Source: Polymyxa betae A26-41 (Eukaryota; Protista; Endomyxa: Phytomyxea). Taken from it: DNA of 64,000 nucleotides. The DNA is taken from the NCBI GenBank assembly GCA_003693705.1, contig RBZT01000441.1, forward strand, positions 1 through 64,000. The letters are read 5' to 3'. Shown here piece by piece: positions 26,960 through 41,064 of this stretch. Each line of letters begins with the position of its first letter. Position 1 is the first letter of the stretch. The position numbers and the translations under genes were made by a program. Under the pieces are notes generated by a model that saw only the letters and a program-made list of their open reading frames with translations, searched no databases and was not told the DNA's origin.

Positions 26960-28318
26960 ATGCGTGAGTGTATCACTATCCATATCGGCCAAGCTGGAGT
27001 CCAGACTGGTAATGCCTGCTGGGAGCTCTTCTGCCTCGAACATGGTATCCAACCTGATGGTCAGATGCCATCTGACAAGACCATTGGAGGAGGTGATGAC
27101 TCCTTCAACACCTTCTTCTCAGAAACTGGTGCCGGCAAGCACGTTCCTCGTACTGTCATGGTCGATCTAGAACCCACCGTCGTCGATGAAGTTCGAACTG
27201 GAACCTACCGGCAGCTATTCCATCCTGAGCAGTTGATTTCGGGTAAGGAAGATGCCGCCAACAACTACGCTCGTGGTCACTACACCATTGGCAAGGAAGT
27301 TATCGACCTCGTCCTGGATCGTCTTCGTAAGCTGGCTGACAACTGCACCGGACTTCAAGGTTTCATGATCTTCCACGCCTTCGGTGGTGGTACCGGCTCC
27401 GGTTTCGGTTCTCTGCTGCTGGAACGCCTTTCGGTCGATTACGGCAAGAAATCCAAGATTGAATTCGCTGTGTACCCGTCTCCTCAGATTTCTACCGCTG
27501 TTGTTGAGCCATACAACTCGGTCTTATGTGCTCATGCTATGATGGAACATTCCGATGTTGCCTTCATGGTCGACAATGAAGCCCTGTACGACATTTGCCG
27601 GCGCAACCTCGGTATCGAGCGTCCAACCTACACCAACCTGAACCGTTTGATCGCTCAGTGCATTTCCTCGGTTACTGCCTCTCTGCGATTCGACGGTGCC
27701 CTCAATGTCGATTTGACCGAATTCCAGACCAACTTGGTGCCTTACCCGCGTATCCATTTCCCACTCTGCGCTCTGGCTCCTGTGATCAGCGCTGAGATCG
27801 CCTATCACGAGCAGCTCTCCGTTGCTGAAATTACGAATTCTGTTTTCGAACCTGCCAATCAGATGGTCAAATGTGATCCTCGTCATGGAAAGTACATGGC
27901 TTGCTGTATGATGTACCGAGGTGATGTCGTCCCGAAAGATGTCAATGCTGCCATCGGCACTGTCAAGACAAAACGTACGATCCGATTCGTAGACTGGTGC
28001 CCAACTGGTTTCAAAGTCGGTATCAATTATCAACCACCAACGGTGGTTCCTGGTGGAGATCTTGCCAAGGTTCAGCGATCAGTTCTGATGATCTCTAACA
28101 CAACTGCTATAGCCGAAGTTATGGGACGTATGGACCACAAATTCGACTTGATGTACGCCAAGCGAGCCTTCGTCCACTGGTATGTTGGTGAAGGTATGGA
28201 AGAAGGTGAATTCTCGGAAGCTCGGGAAGATTTGGCCGCCATGGAGAAGGACTACGAGGAGGTCGCACAAGAAAGTGCAGATGACGATGCTGAAGGTGAC
28301 GAGGGCGACGAATACTAA
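26960..28318 (+). CDS. TUBA: Alpha-tubulin (intronless)
   Basis: MRECI start, GGGTGSG signature, K40 context DKTIGGG and acidic tail ending in Y. Confidence 0.99.
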   Translation: MRECITIHIGQAGVQTGNACWELFCLEHGIQPDGQMPSDKTIGGGDDSFNTFFSETGAGKHVPRTVMVDLEPTVVDEVRTGTYRQLFHPEQLISGKEDAANNYARGHYTIGKEVIDLVLDRLRKLADNCTGLQGFMIFHAFGGGTGSGFGSLLLERLSVDYGKKSKIEFAVYPSPQISTAVVEPYNSVLCAHAMMEHSDVAFMVDNEALYDICRRNLGIERPTYTNLNRLIAQCISSVTASLRFDGALNVDLTEFQTNLVPYPRIHFPLCALAPVISAEIAYHEQLSVAEITNSVFEPANQMVKCDPRHGKYMACCMMYRGDVVPKDVNAAIGTVKTKRTIRFVDWCPTGFKVGINYQPPTVVPGGDLAKVQRSVLMISNTTAIAEVMGRMDHKFDLMYAKRAFVHWYVGEGMEEGEFSEAREDLAAMEKDYEEVAQESADDDAEGDEGDEY

Positions 28319-28774
28319 ATTGCCCTGTATTGCTGCATCTATCAGTGTCTGAAACTCAGTAAATAACTCATTGCATGCGTTCTAAATCCTGATTTGATTG
28401 CTCTGCGTTTGACGCGATCTCTGACCAGTTTTCCTCATTTGAGGAACTCCGCTTTTGCATTTCACAAATATTTCTGGAATGCTCAGTCACAGGATTCGTA
28501 TTGAAAGTCTCTCTGATATGTTGATTGTTTCTATGTTGAGCAGAATATCCCGATGGACTTCATGCAGTAGTAGAAGCTGATCTGCTCTGATCAATAAACC
28601 ACACATCTCCGTAATCTGTATTGCGTTGATGTTCGCCTAACTGAATCCAGTCTGACACGTTTCCCGAATATTCCCCGTTGATATCTGTTAGGTCTCATCA
28701 TCATGGTCTACAAAGTCAGATCTGTAACTAACTAGTGGATCGGATCTCAAACGGAGTACGTACGATATTCCGTT

Positions 28775-30497
28775 ATGTCGGCCACGACGCTGGACCATGC
28801 CCATGATATCATCGAGCATCAGCAGAAAGAGCTCGTTCAGCTGAGGTCGAGATGTGAGTTGCTCGAGTCGAAGCTGCTTCACCTGGCACCCGATCTGTTG
28901 CCTGGTGATGAGCCTCGTCTTCCACATCGCGAGTTTCTAGCTCGAGAGAGCGTCCTTGGTAGCCATGATCAGGACGCCAGCGCTACGATTCGTCTCGTAT
29001 CTCTAGCCACGGGTAGCTTGATCTTGGTCGACATTCTTCGGGATCCGCATGGAATCGTCTTTGAAAAGCTGTTCTCATTGCTGGTCTGGGGTCTTCGACC
29101 ATTGCCGATTGTGGCTGTAATATGGGCTATGCTGTTCTTCACCTCACTTATTGTCGTCCCTTTGTTCCTTTTATGGAATTCGTCACGTATCAGCTCCAGA
29201 ATACATGTTGCCGGCTACATACTTAGTCAGCTAGCAATATGGTTCATAGGCAGCACTTCGACAATTTCAATAAGATTCCCACCATCATGCGCTATTATCA
29301 TCATGGCTGAGGTCGGCTCGTCCATCCGAATTGCTAAGGCATGCTGAGTGACCACCAGACAGCCAGGCTTTCTATGAAGATGCATGCGTTTACTGTCGAG
29401 ACGCGCCGATATGCTTTAGAACCTCCTGGAACCAAAAGGCACAAAGATCTGCACATCGAGTTGCTCTCAAATGAAACTGGAGTGCTCAAGCATTACATCT
29501 ATTTTTTGTTCGCTCCAACTTTAATTTACAGGTATCTCTTTCAAAGCTTCAGCAAACAGCATAAGTTGTAATCTGCCAAACAGGAATCAATATCCTCAAA
29601 CTGCTAGAACTAATTGGTTCCGAGTGTTAGGATATGGTCTGTACACATTTATCGGAATCGTCGTAACCGGCTATATTTTCTGCTCATCGTTTTTACAAGA
29701 ACCAAGCTGGGATTCGTGGTCGTCCATTCTGATCCAGATTCTGTCTGCAATGATTCCTGGAATGGCGCTGATGCTGCTCGCTTTCTTCGCTATTCTTCAT
29801 AGTTGGTTCAACGCTTTCGCTGAAGTAATTGACAGCAAACTAGATTATACAAATCACTGACTTGTCTTATTTAGGTCTTGAGATTTGCAGACAGGCAGTT
29901 TTATCTAAGGTGACAATTGCTTGGATCTGGATGCTTTTAATGAACTGATTTTAAGATGGTGGACGGCCCGCTCTTATTCTTCCTACTACAGACGGTGGAA
30001 TAAAGTAAGATTCGATGTACAGAAAACGTGTTGGCATCTCAATTGGTGAAGGTGGTGGGCGACTGGATCCATGCCTACGTCTATTCAGGCCTAAAACATA
30101 TTGGATTTGGGCCTGGGCAAGCTACCGTCACGTCCATTCTATTATCAGCTGTTGTTCATGAGTACATTATCGCTACAACGTTGGGTTTCTTCTATCCAGT
30201 CATGTTTGTACTGTTTGCTGGTTTCGGTATGTTCTTTCTGTTCATGACGCGCATCATCAGAAAACAATCGGATGGATGGAATTGGTATGATGGATGAAGT
30301 AGACAATGCTTGCAATCTGTTTGAATTGATCATTTCTTAGGTTCCTGTGGTCCACATTGTTTTTCGGGAATGGCATTCTGCTTTCGCTTTATTCAACAGA
30401 ATACATAGCTCGAACTGAGCACGTTGTGCAGCAATATCCCATCGATCGAGCTTCATGGGTTCCATATTCCTGGCAAATCTTCAAACTGAGGAGATAA
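28775..30497 (+). CDS. MBOAT sterol O-acyltransferase (SOAT/ACAT-DGAT1 family), multi-exon
   Basis: Motifs FAPTLIYR, HSWFNAFAE, LRFADRQFY, YYRRWNK and catalytic SAVVHEY. Confidence 0.9.
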
Positions 30498-30682
30498 CAA
30501 GTTCCTAAAATAAAATACGAGAAACTGTTCAGGGCTCCGATGAATTGATCTGACTGGATTCATAAATGCTCTCCACGTTTTGATCTTAAATCCATCCAAT
30601 CTATAGACGTAGCGCTTCAAGCGGATAGAATATTGTTAACTGTATGGGAACAGGGAAGAGAGAGAGGAATTCATGATTCGAA

Positions 30683-31178
30683 TCAGAAAGATTCATCATG
30701 CAGATCGAAGTCAATCTCGGTGACAATCGCGTTGATGTCGTCCACTATCTCGGCTAAATCACGACGTAACTGCAAATCTTGCTGCTGTAATGCGAGGTCT
30801 TGGGGCGATTCATGCTTGCATTTCCATCGGACCATAATCCTCTTTACAGTCTTCAACAGAAATCAGCACAGATCAAGATGAAATCGCCCATACCAATTCT
30901 AGTTTCTGACGTTCGAAATTCTGCAGCTGTTGTAGTCTTTCAACCCAATCTTTTGGCTCTTTCCACGACTTGAGCAGGTCGATCTGCCTGATAACTAGCA
31001 GGCTAGCCTGCTGGAGATCATCCTGGGCCGCAGAGCACGAACGGGCATAGTCGGGTTCGGTAGACGGATCCCGAAGGTATTGTTGAAAGGATTGCTCCCA
31101 ACTAGCATAGGCAAGAGCTCGTTTAGTCTGGGCCTGCTTTACATTCAATAAAGCTTCTGAATGATAACACGAGGCCAT
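30683..31178 (-). CDS. REX1-B domain (DNA repair, C19orf60-like) protein
   Basis: QAQTKRALAYASWEQSFQQYL...LQNFERQKLEL, one intron, and C-terminal DDINAIVTEI. Confidence 0.65.
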
Positions 31179-31443
31179 GATAACTGCGCTGCTCTCTACT
31201 AAAAGTTTCCCTTATTGGAGCATGTTTTTAATTTGTGAAAAACCGGCGTTAAAAATAGAGCCGCTATGTGGTACCTGATAGAGTGAATTGTCTCTCTCAT
31301 ACATGCATGTTAGATACACATAACAGTGGTCATTAGATATCTGTTTAATGTATCCAACTGACAATACATCTCGTCTCCTGGATTCCGTTTGATACTGGAT
31401 CTTAGCCTAGATCGAGGGTATCTGTACTAGCTAGGCTGTTTGT

Positions 31444-31956
31444 ATGCCCATGGCGTCCGCTAAGACAGATGTGAAAACAGATCTGGACCTTCCAATTCCC
31501 GATAACCTCGCCTCGATGACGAAGACCAAACGGCATGCTCTATACAAATTCTATGCAGACAACGGCCGCTTCTTTACCGTTGAATACAGCTCCAGTAATC
31601 GAAGCAAATGTCGAGCATGCAAACGCATCATCGCGAAAGGCGACCTACGATTTCGTCATATTGTTTGTGGGCAGAAATGTTTCCAGCATAAATCTGGTCG
31701 TGGAATTGATACGTGTGGTCGTTGGCATATTGCATGCATGATCGAAACGCAAGCTAAACATCCTGATTGGTTCCTCCATACAAATTCTGCTTGGCAACCC
31801 ATTCAGTCGCTGGACCAGGTTCTGGGAAGCAAAGCTCTGAGCCAATCGGATCGTGATTCGCTATCCAGGCAGTTGGAGGAAGGTTCTGATGAACTCGTCA
31901 AAGTTGAACGAGACAGCTCCATCGACAACGAGACATTGCTTGAACTAAACAAATAA
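31444..31956 (+). CDS. Small protein with PARP-type zinc finger
   Basis: VEYSSSNRSKCRACKRIIAKGDLR...WHIAC matches the CxxC...HxxC PARP zinc-finger pattern. Confidence 0.8.
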   Translation: MPMASAKTDVKTDLDLPIPDNLASMTKTKRHALYKFYADNGRFFTVEYSSSNRSKCRACKRIIAKGDLRFRHIVCGQKCFQHKSGRGIDTCGRWHIACMIETQAKHPDWFLHTNSAWQPIQSLDQVLGSKALSQSDRDSLSRQLEEGSDELVKVERDSSIDNETLLELNK

Positions 31957-31999
31957 CTTGTGGTGTCTGGATGGAGAGCAGAAACAGTTTATTGAAGCC

Positions 32000-32820
32000 T
32001 CTTTGAGATTGTCCAAGATGCATAACGGAACATTTTTTACAATGCGATATCAGATCATTCTTCGTCAGGATCTTCGAGATCTGATAACATGCTCACGCGA
32101 TTGCCAACCACGAACTCCTTTCATGTATAATCACGGCTGGTTGGCAAACATGATTGGGGCTGTATCGTGCCCGATACTGAACATGCCTTCAAATGGATGA
32201 GCGACGATCACCATCGCGCGTGTCGTCGCCTTCGCGTATCATAGTTTGAACACAGAATTTATGAAATCCAGCTCATCTTGTAGACTTGATCTGTACAGCA
32301 CCAGGCTCGCTTCGCTCCGTCCTTATTCTTGGTTGTATCCGAGGCGAAAGCGAAAAGCAGCATCTTTTTTAACGAAATTGGTCTCAACCAACACAAACTC
32401 CCCTGAGTCAGAAATCTCGCGATGTTGTCTTGGATCAGTACGACCCGGGATGATGGCTGTTGTGTGCTCGGGCGTATTTCAGCCATGGCCGGCCACGCCG
32501 AATTTCATCTCGATCCATGCAAAAGGAACGCCGTTGCCCAAGAATGGAGTTTTGAGATTGCATCCATTGAAGAGCTGTCCATCAGGATCATACCCTTTGA
32601 CCTTTCGATCGTAGACGTTTTGAGATGGTCGTACTAACCCAATCCAGCAAGTTCAGGCGCGAAATTCCCGCTGGAATGAGTTCAACACCTAAGCTAGGAT
32701 CTTCAACCATCTCGGTTCATTCTCCTTCAAAACTGTAGACGAGCGTCGCCTCTATCAGTCGTGACCGAAGATCATGAGAGGGTATCATCATATATAGTCT
32801 TGGGCTAGTTTCGAATCTCC
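32000..32820 (-). pseudogene. Decayed reading frame with a PD..ExK restriction-endonuclease-like motif
   Basis: One minus frame reads ...KVKGYDPDGQLFNGCNLKTPFLGNGVPFAWIEMKFGVAGHG*NTPEH...YNQE*GRSE... with scattered stops. Confidence 0.4.
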
Positions 32821-33275
32821 CATCTGCAAAGCGAGACTGACTCGATCCGAAAAACAGTTATTCATTCACCTGATGACGTCTTTCGTTTATGTCTGCAGAT
32901 GCATGATCATCACAATAGGTGAAATATCAATCCACTGAAAATTAACGGTGGGGGAATCCTGTCGGTATTTTGACCTTCCCAAAGAAAGATGTTTTTTAAA
33001 TTCCAGATCAAAATCCCAAAATTTCGCCCTCCTTATCCACCCATACACGAAATTCAAATAAACCACCCATCAGTTCATCAATATTCATGCTGGGCAAACG
33101 AGAAAGCTCATCGACGATGAAGAATCACTTTCCAATACGATCAGATCTTCCTGTGTTTGTTTGCAACAACAGGCCAAAAAACTGGACAGAAATCACTATG
33201 TCGAAGGAACTCTGCAGAAAAAAGTTCCGAGAATGAGGTGATTGTTGTATAGGAGACAATGATCTATATAGTGTG

Positions 33276-33974
33276 ATGCAGCAGAAGGATGGATCTCAGG
33301 CTACCCTCACTGCTGTCGTGTCGTCTCTTCGCCATGGTCTATCTCGTCTCGAGGCGGCTGTCGACTCCCTGGATCTGTCTCTCTGCAACGCGCTCGATTC
33401 GCTTCTCGACCCCGGGTTGCCCTTCATCTCGGCATCGGCTCCTGAGCGAAAGCCCAGCCCGCCTCCGAAACCGCCCAAATCCCAGACCCAGCTGCAACAG
33501 AAATCGCTGTTCGAATCGCTCAAACAGATTCTGATCAAGATCCCGTCTCCATACCAGAACGTCGAATCGATTTACGATGAGATTCGCGCCTTCGTCTGTA
33601 TCTGTATGATTCAGATCTCGGATATCACACCGACCTCGATCTTAAACGATAATCTCTTTCCATATCTGATCGCTGCACATCGTCTTCAGCCATCACTTCG
33701 GGATCAGATCTGGCTGCAAATGAAATACATCACGGGCTGTACCGAACCCGATATCAAACGTGTCTTCAAACGCATGATCGACAATCACCATCGCGGGTTC
33801 AAGCGGAAGCCTCCAAGCATCGATTCGGTCCCGATCTCGATGCGCCCGTTAATGCGAGTGATCGGCGCCGATCGACACGATAACTGTTTGAATCTGCTCG
33901 ATGCTGATAACGATCTCGATTTAACGCTGCGTCTAAAGCGGCCCAGATTGTCGCCATCGTTTCCTCTCATTTAA
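33276..33974 (+). CDS. Hypothetical protein (Pro-rich linker, basic C-terminal KRPR)
   Basis: Uninterrupted ORF of about 232 aa; no family recognised. Confidence 0.6.
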   Translation: MQQKDGSQATLTAVVSSLRHGLSRLEAAVDSLDLSLCNALDSLLDPGLPFISASAPERKPSPPPKPPKSQTQLQQKSLFESLKQILIKIPSPYQNVESIYDEIRAFVCICMIQISDITPTSILNDNLFPYLIAAHRLQPSLRDQIWLQMKYITGCTEPDIKRVFKRMIDNHHRGFKRKPPSIDSVPISMRPLMRVIGADRHDNCLNLLDADNDLDLTLRLKRPRLSPSFPLI

Positions 33975-34338
33975 CGCTGATCAATGTCTGCTGGCTCTGA
34001 TCATGCGAAAACTCGACTTGATTCGGACTCGAGCCTGGGTTTCTGAGAATTTATTTTCGGGCAATCGTCATCACCAATCCGGGCCCGAATCTGACGTTCT
34101 CCGATATGCTAAACACGATGCCGGTGTCCATTTCGATGCAGCGCCAACACAGACGCGGGTCCATGGCCGGAGTCAGAGCGGCAAAAGGTCGCCTTCCCGA
34201 GCAATTCCAATGTTTCGCCCATTCGATATTGTCAATACACAATTGCCTTCAGACGAGTAAGTCCTGATTCGTTCACAACAGAAAAGAACGTGACCGTTTC
34301 GCCCATATTCAACTAATATCTGACTCTCTCCAGTCTGT

Positions 34339-35250
34339 ATGGTGGCACTATTCTTAATGCTAAAATTGCTACCCGCAGCCGGTTATCGCATGAATCGATC
34401 ATTGGTCAGGAAAAGACCCATGAGAAGATTTACATTCGAGCTTGTCCCTCGGATTGAAATGTAGCTGGCTCTGAGTGGGAAGCTCGCTCAGATCAATGCT
34501 AAATACGAAGAGGCCCTCATGGAGGGTGATATAAGAAAATGGAACGTCATCAGGTGCGTAAACAGATTTAACGAGTGCAGAGGCTTCTTGTGCAAGACAA
34601 CAACGAGAGATCCTATTACATCAATGCCCATGATGAGAATAGACGCATTCTGTATTACAAAACGGCAGGCAAAAGTTGCAGGAACATCAGGATAACGCTA
34701 AGCAGCGACATTCTCAGGAAGAAGTCGAAATGCAGTATTTGGAATCATGGAAGCAGCAGAAAGCGCCAAAGGGAAAGGCGTCTGGCGCTTGCAGAGGCAG
34801 ATGGCTGAAAAAGAGGGTGAACGCTGGTCTGCTGTCGAACGTGCCATCAACAAGCGCTATTGACGCCTATGGCAACATGGGATTTGGGCAGGACTTGCCT
34901 CTGCCAGATCCCATGGATCGTGTTCGTTTCCTTGAACCGTCGGCCAGCATTCATGTAGTATTTCATCAGCCCTACAAGGATATGCATGTCCACGCAGAAA
35001 ACGACAATCACGCCCATCGATTGTACGAGGATAGTTAAATTCCAATCTCCACCGACTTTACTGAAATGTCAAATGAGCCATCAAATTCGAAATCGACGGC
35101 CCATTCGCTCTCGATGATGATCCGAACGTCATGCTGGAACTTTACAACAGTGCTCAAAACGATATTGGCCAGAAAGATGTTGTCTTCGACAATCGGCCAT
35201 CGACCTTCTACAAGAGGCTCGAAAATGCTTTTAGTTTAGGACCAATATGA
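34339..35250 (+). CDS. Possible multi-exon hypothetical protein with signal-peptide-like start
   Basis: MVALFLMLKLLPAAGYR..., then a GT-AG intron, then LALSGKLAQINAKYEEALMEG. Downstream exons are unresolved. Confidence 0.3.
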
Positions 35251-35348
35251 ATAAAACTCAATCTCACAAAGGTATCGAAATGTTTATGAAAAGTTCCTAA
35301 TAAAGACAGTAAAGATGATGCTCAGGACAGAATTACTATACAATAATC

Positions 35349-37394
<2,046 letters not shown>

Positions 37395-37661
37395 GGCTGA
37401 AACCGAACGAACGAAAGGTGAACTGAACAATGACCGTCAGCACCGGCCACGACAGCAGCAACGAGGGTCACCGTACCTGGAACGACTGAGCAGACGGTGT
37501 CCAGCAGCAAGCATAAAAGAATGTGGATTCGGCCGGACGAGGAGGAAGTCGATGTGTGAGATCGACTAAAGCAACAGCACAATGAGAGACAGCCACTAGA
37601 TCAACCCTTCCTCTATTAGACCGTCACGGACCTGTCAAAAAGTGCGCCACTTGCCAGCACA

Positions 37662-37705
37662 GGCCTCTAGGGTTTGCAGGCTGGGCCTCGAGGGTTTGCA
37701 GGCTG
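37662..37705. repeat. 2 x 22-nt direct repeat with telo-box-like core upstream of DBP2
   Basis: GGCCTCTAGGGTTTGCAGGCTG followed by GGCCTCGAGGGTTTGCAGGCTG. Confidence 0.85.
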
Positions 37706-37806
37706 AAGGCAGCCACAATTTTGCTTCAGGCTGCCCGCTTGCTCGAATCAGAGCAACCGGCCATACTCTGCATTAATGGCAAGCCAATGTTAGCATTGTG
37801 AGGCTA

Positions 37807-39296
37807 TCATTGTGGTTTATAGTTTTTGGTCAATTCATGATTGTACTCGTTCTTCCTGGATTCGATATGTTGTTGGACGACAAAGATCGGTAGATTGAGC
37901 GACGCCGCCAGGCTGTCATAATCGGCACAGCAATGGTACTCCTTCACAATGGCAGCGACCTGGTTCAAATCGTCGATATCTGCAAACGATAGTGGCGCCA
38001 TTTCCCAAGGCCAGCGATACTGTAAATCTTCAATGTCGCATTCGTTCAGCCAAGGATGTGCCAGAAGGCGTTCAGCGCTCCATCGCTCTTCCGGGTCCTT
38101 TTTCAGACATTTCGAGATGAAATTTCGAAACCCGACTGAGAATCGGCTTCGGGGTAAAACCGGAGGCGGATCTTTGGTGATGGTCTGGAACACGTGAATG
38201 AAACCTTTATCAGCGTCGTGGTATGGAAATCTGCCAATAGCACAGGTAGCTAATGTCAATCCGAAGCTCCAAATATCAGCAGCATGGCTATACGGCTGCG
38301 ACTGAATCCTTTCTGGTGACATGAACACTTGCGTCCCGATAAACGTCTGTATGTATTCAACTTAGAAGATGGGAAAGCATCAATCGGAATTGAGTATCAC
38401 AGCGACAAAAATGCTTTACTTAAACGGTGAAATATAACGGCTACAAATACAGAAGACAATTGGTAAATGGGGAGAACATAAATTCGACCTGTGCATTCAT
38501 GAAGTCACCAAGCTCTCGAGCGATGCCGAAATCGGCGAGTTTGGCCTGGCCTGCTGAGTTGAGCAGAATATCTAAACAATATCAGTTAGAGCAATGTGAA
38601 CTTCCAGATACCTACTTGCTGGTTTAATATCGCGATGAAGCTTTCGACGAGAGTGCATATGTCGTAATCCAGTCAGGATCTGCTTCGAGATCCTTTGCAG
38701 AACGAGCTCAGGTAATGGCCCGATAGTATCAAGAACTTGCTGCAATGAACCTCTTCAAAGATGCAGGATTAGTTGGGCGATAACCAATGATATCGTATCA
38801 CTTGCCTGTTCATATACTCCAAGATCAGCATCGTATTACCTTGAGTGTAGAAAGCGCCATGAAATCCCACGATGTAAGGGCAGGACAGCGACGCGTATGT
38901 ATCCAGCTCTTTGATCAATTGATGGCGCTGCGATTGGATGTGAACTCCAACAGATTTCAATGCGAACACTTCGCAGGTGTTGATCTTCAGGGCTTTCGTC
39001 ACGGTGCCGCTGGCGCCCTTCCCAAGCGTCCCGAATGGGATGAAACGATCGGCGGCGCTTCCCTGATTCGAATCCGCTACGTTATGAACATCGCCTGAAC
39101 AAATCCCATTGGCGTCGATTCGATATCCCTTCATCTTCAGCGCTGTCGCTGTGATCTCGAACGATTGCTCGACGGACGGTTCATCAAGATTCAGAGCTGA
39201 CAGCTCAAAGGCGCTGCTGCGCCTGGAACCATGCGATTGTAATTGCAAGGCGGGCGGTCGAGGCGGAGCCGTCGAAACTGATGCCCCATTGAGCAT
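37807..39296 (-). CDS. MAP kinase kinase (STE7/MEK family), multi-exon
   Basis: Motifs LGKGASGTV, IVGFHGAFY, HRDIKPAN, ADFGIAREL and TFIGTQVFMSPERI. Confidence 0.92.
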
Positions 39297-39689
39297 CAAA
39301 AGCTGAAGCGATCTCTGAAATCTGCAAGACGATTTGGAAGCCCCCCGGTGTAACTATCACCTTGCTATGCCTGCATGCCAATAAAGGGCAACACGTGCAA
39401 CACTTTCCAGATTGGACGCCGATTTATTCTTTACCCATATATATGGCTACATAGCGCCTTGGCAACAAAGCTCGGGAAGAGGAAATGAGCGATCATCCGA
39501 CCAAAAGTTCCGCACGAAACACCACTTTGGAAATCGCAATTTTGCGTTTATTTTTTTGAAGTTTTTGAAAGGTGCGCGACGGGATTTTGTCGTGCGTGCG
39601 TCTGTATTTAACCGTGGCCTTCTTCCATCAAGCCTTCACCGTACTTTCCTGAAAGACAGTGAGGTCTGGAAGGCGTCTGGTCCAGCCAT

Positions 39690-40577
39690 ATGGAGCTCAC
39701 GGAGCAGTTGCATATCGAAATTGATACAAATCGCTCAATCCTGCCAGTTGGTGCCAACGGTGAGGGCTCCCTGTTCATCAAAGATGAGATCGAGCGTGTG
39801 CAAAAAGCGATAGAAGATGTTGGCCAGGCGCTGCAGGAACTACCGCCTCTTGAGATCACAACGCTCCCTTTGGCCCAATTAATGATTCGGAATGGAACCG
39901 AAGTCGGCATGATGTCTGAAGGCGATCTGCTGCAGGAGATCGCCAATGTCACTGCTGGCATACTTCGCTGTGATGAACTTTTGGCCGACAGCCCTTCGCC
40001 TGAACCGGATCTAACTGAATCGTTGAAGTCGCTGGCTCAGGAATTGCAGATTATCTCGGCTCAGGAAGCCTCAGCTGATGACGATCAGATTTACTGCCTC
40101 TGTAAACTTCCATACAGTGCTACTCGGTCCATGATTCAATGCGATTTTTGTGATAACTGGTATCATCTAATTTGCATCGGATTGTCTTTATTGCAATTAC
40201 CGACCACATATCAATGCCCGATATGCCAGACTGCAACAACTCGAAGAAGGCGTCGTTCTGATCCCTTGGATCTTCCTGAAAATATTACCCAGCCCGATGT
40301 TGATCTGAAATTCTGCGTCAAAGGCATCGATTGGATTCAAGAGGAAATCAGCAAAACCGAATCAGAATTGGCCAATGTCGTTGCTGGATTAGATGGCGTT
40401 GCCTCGGAGCTAGCAGTATTGGAACGAAATGAGAAAAACCGTGCTGCACGAGCGTCCAGAAAAGCAGCCAAAGAGCAAGCTATCAGGCATCAAAACGAGA
40501 TGCGTGCGGCTCAGGCCATTGAAGAACTGGACGCTGAAATGCCACCAAAGAGCCAAAGAAAAAGGCGGAGACGTTGA
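39690..40577 (+). CDS. PHD-finger protein with coiled coils and C-terminal NLS
   Basis: YCLCKLPY...MIQCDFCDNWYHLICIGL...YQCPIC; ends PPKSQRKRRRR. Confidence 0.85.
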   Translation: MELTEQLHIEIDTNRSILPVGANGEGSLFIKDEIERVQKAIEDVGQALQELPPLEITTLPLAQLMIRNGTEVGMMSEGDLLQEIANVTAGILRCDELLADSPSPEPDLTESLKSLAQELQIISAQEASADDDQIYCLCKLPYSATRSMIQCDFCDNWYHLICIGLSLLQLPTTYQCPICQTATTRRRRRSDPLDLPENITQPDVDLKFCVKGIDWIQEEISKTESELANVVAGLDGVASELAVLERNEKNRAARASRKAAKEQAIRHQNEMRAAQAIEELDAEMPPKSQRKRRRR

Positions 40578-41064
40578 TCGTTTCTTAGGAATTATCTAAT
40601 TAAGCCTCTTATAAATTCACAGCGAGAGTTTGTATTATTACATCGAGATATATCATTTTTCGAATACGTATTCTATCATCAACGAGCGAACTGAAAGCTT
40701 GGCTTTGAAGCGTTGGTTCCAGTCTCAGACTGTCATCAGGTCAAACCGACGCAAGTTTCCGCTGTCTCGTGATGAAAGTCGAGCAAGCTTCTGCAATTGT
40801 CTGTTGCATTGTGATCGTAATCTGCTCTTATCATCTCTACCTGACCTCAATCCAGATCGATTACGCTTGGCAGCATGCCTCTTGATCCGCTAGAATAGAT
40901 AACCGTTAGGTTAAACGATATTTTGCTTTTGCACTGTTCACTCAGTAATCGTATTGCAGAGAACAAAATTAACTACTCAATCAATTCGAAGGTCTCGAAC
41001 AGATATCTGATATGACAGGGTGCGTATGAGAGAATCTTTTCTATATCATAAATAATAATAGGGC

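Noticed and set aside
32000-32820. Stop-codon reassignment or selenoprotein explanation for the in-frame stops
   Set aside because: The stops are a mix of TGA, TAA and TAG, and all three terminate normal genes in this window, so decay is the simpler explanation.
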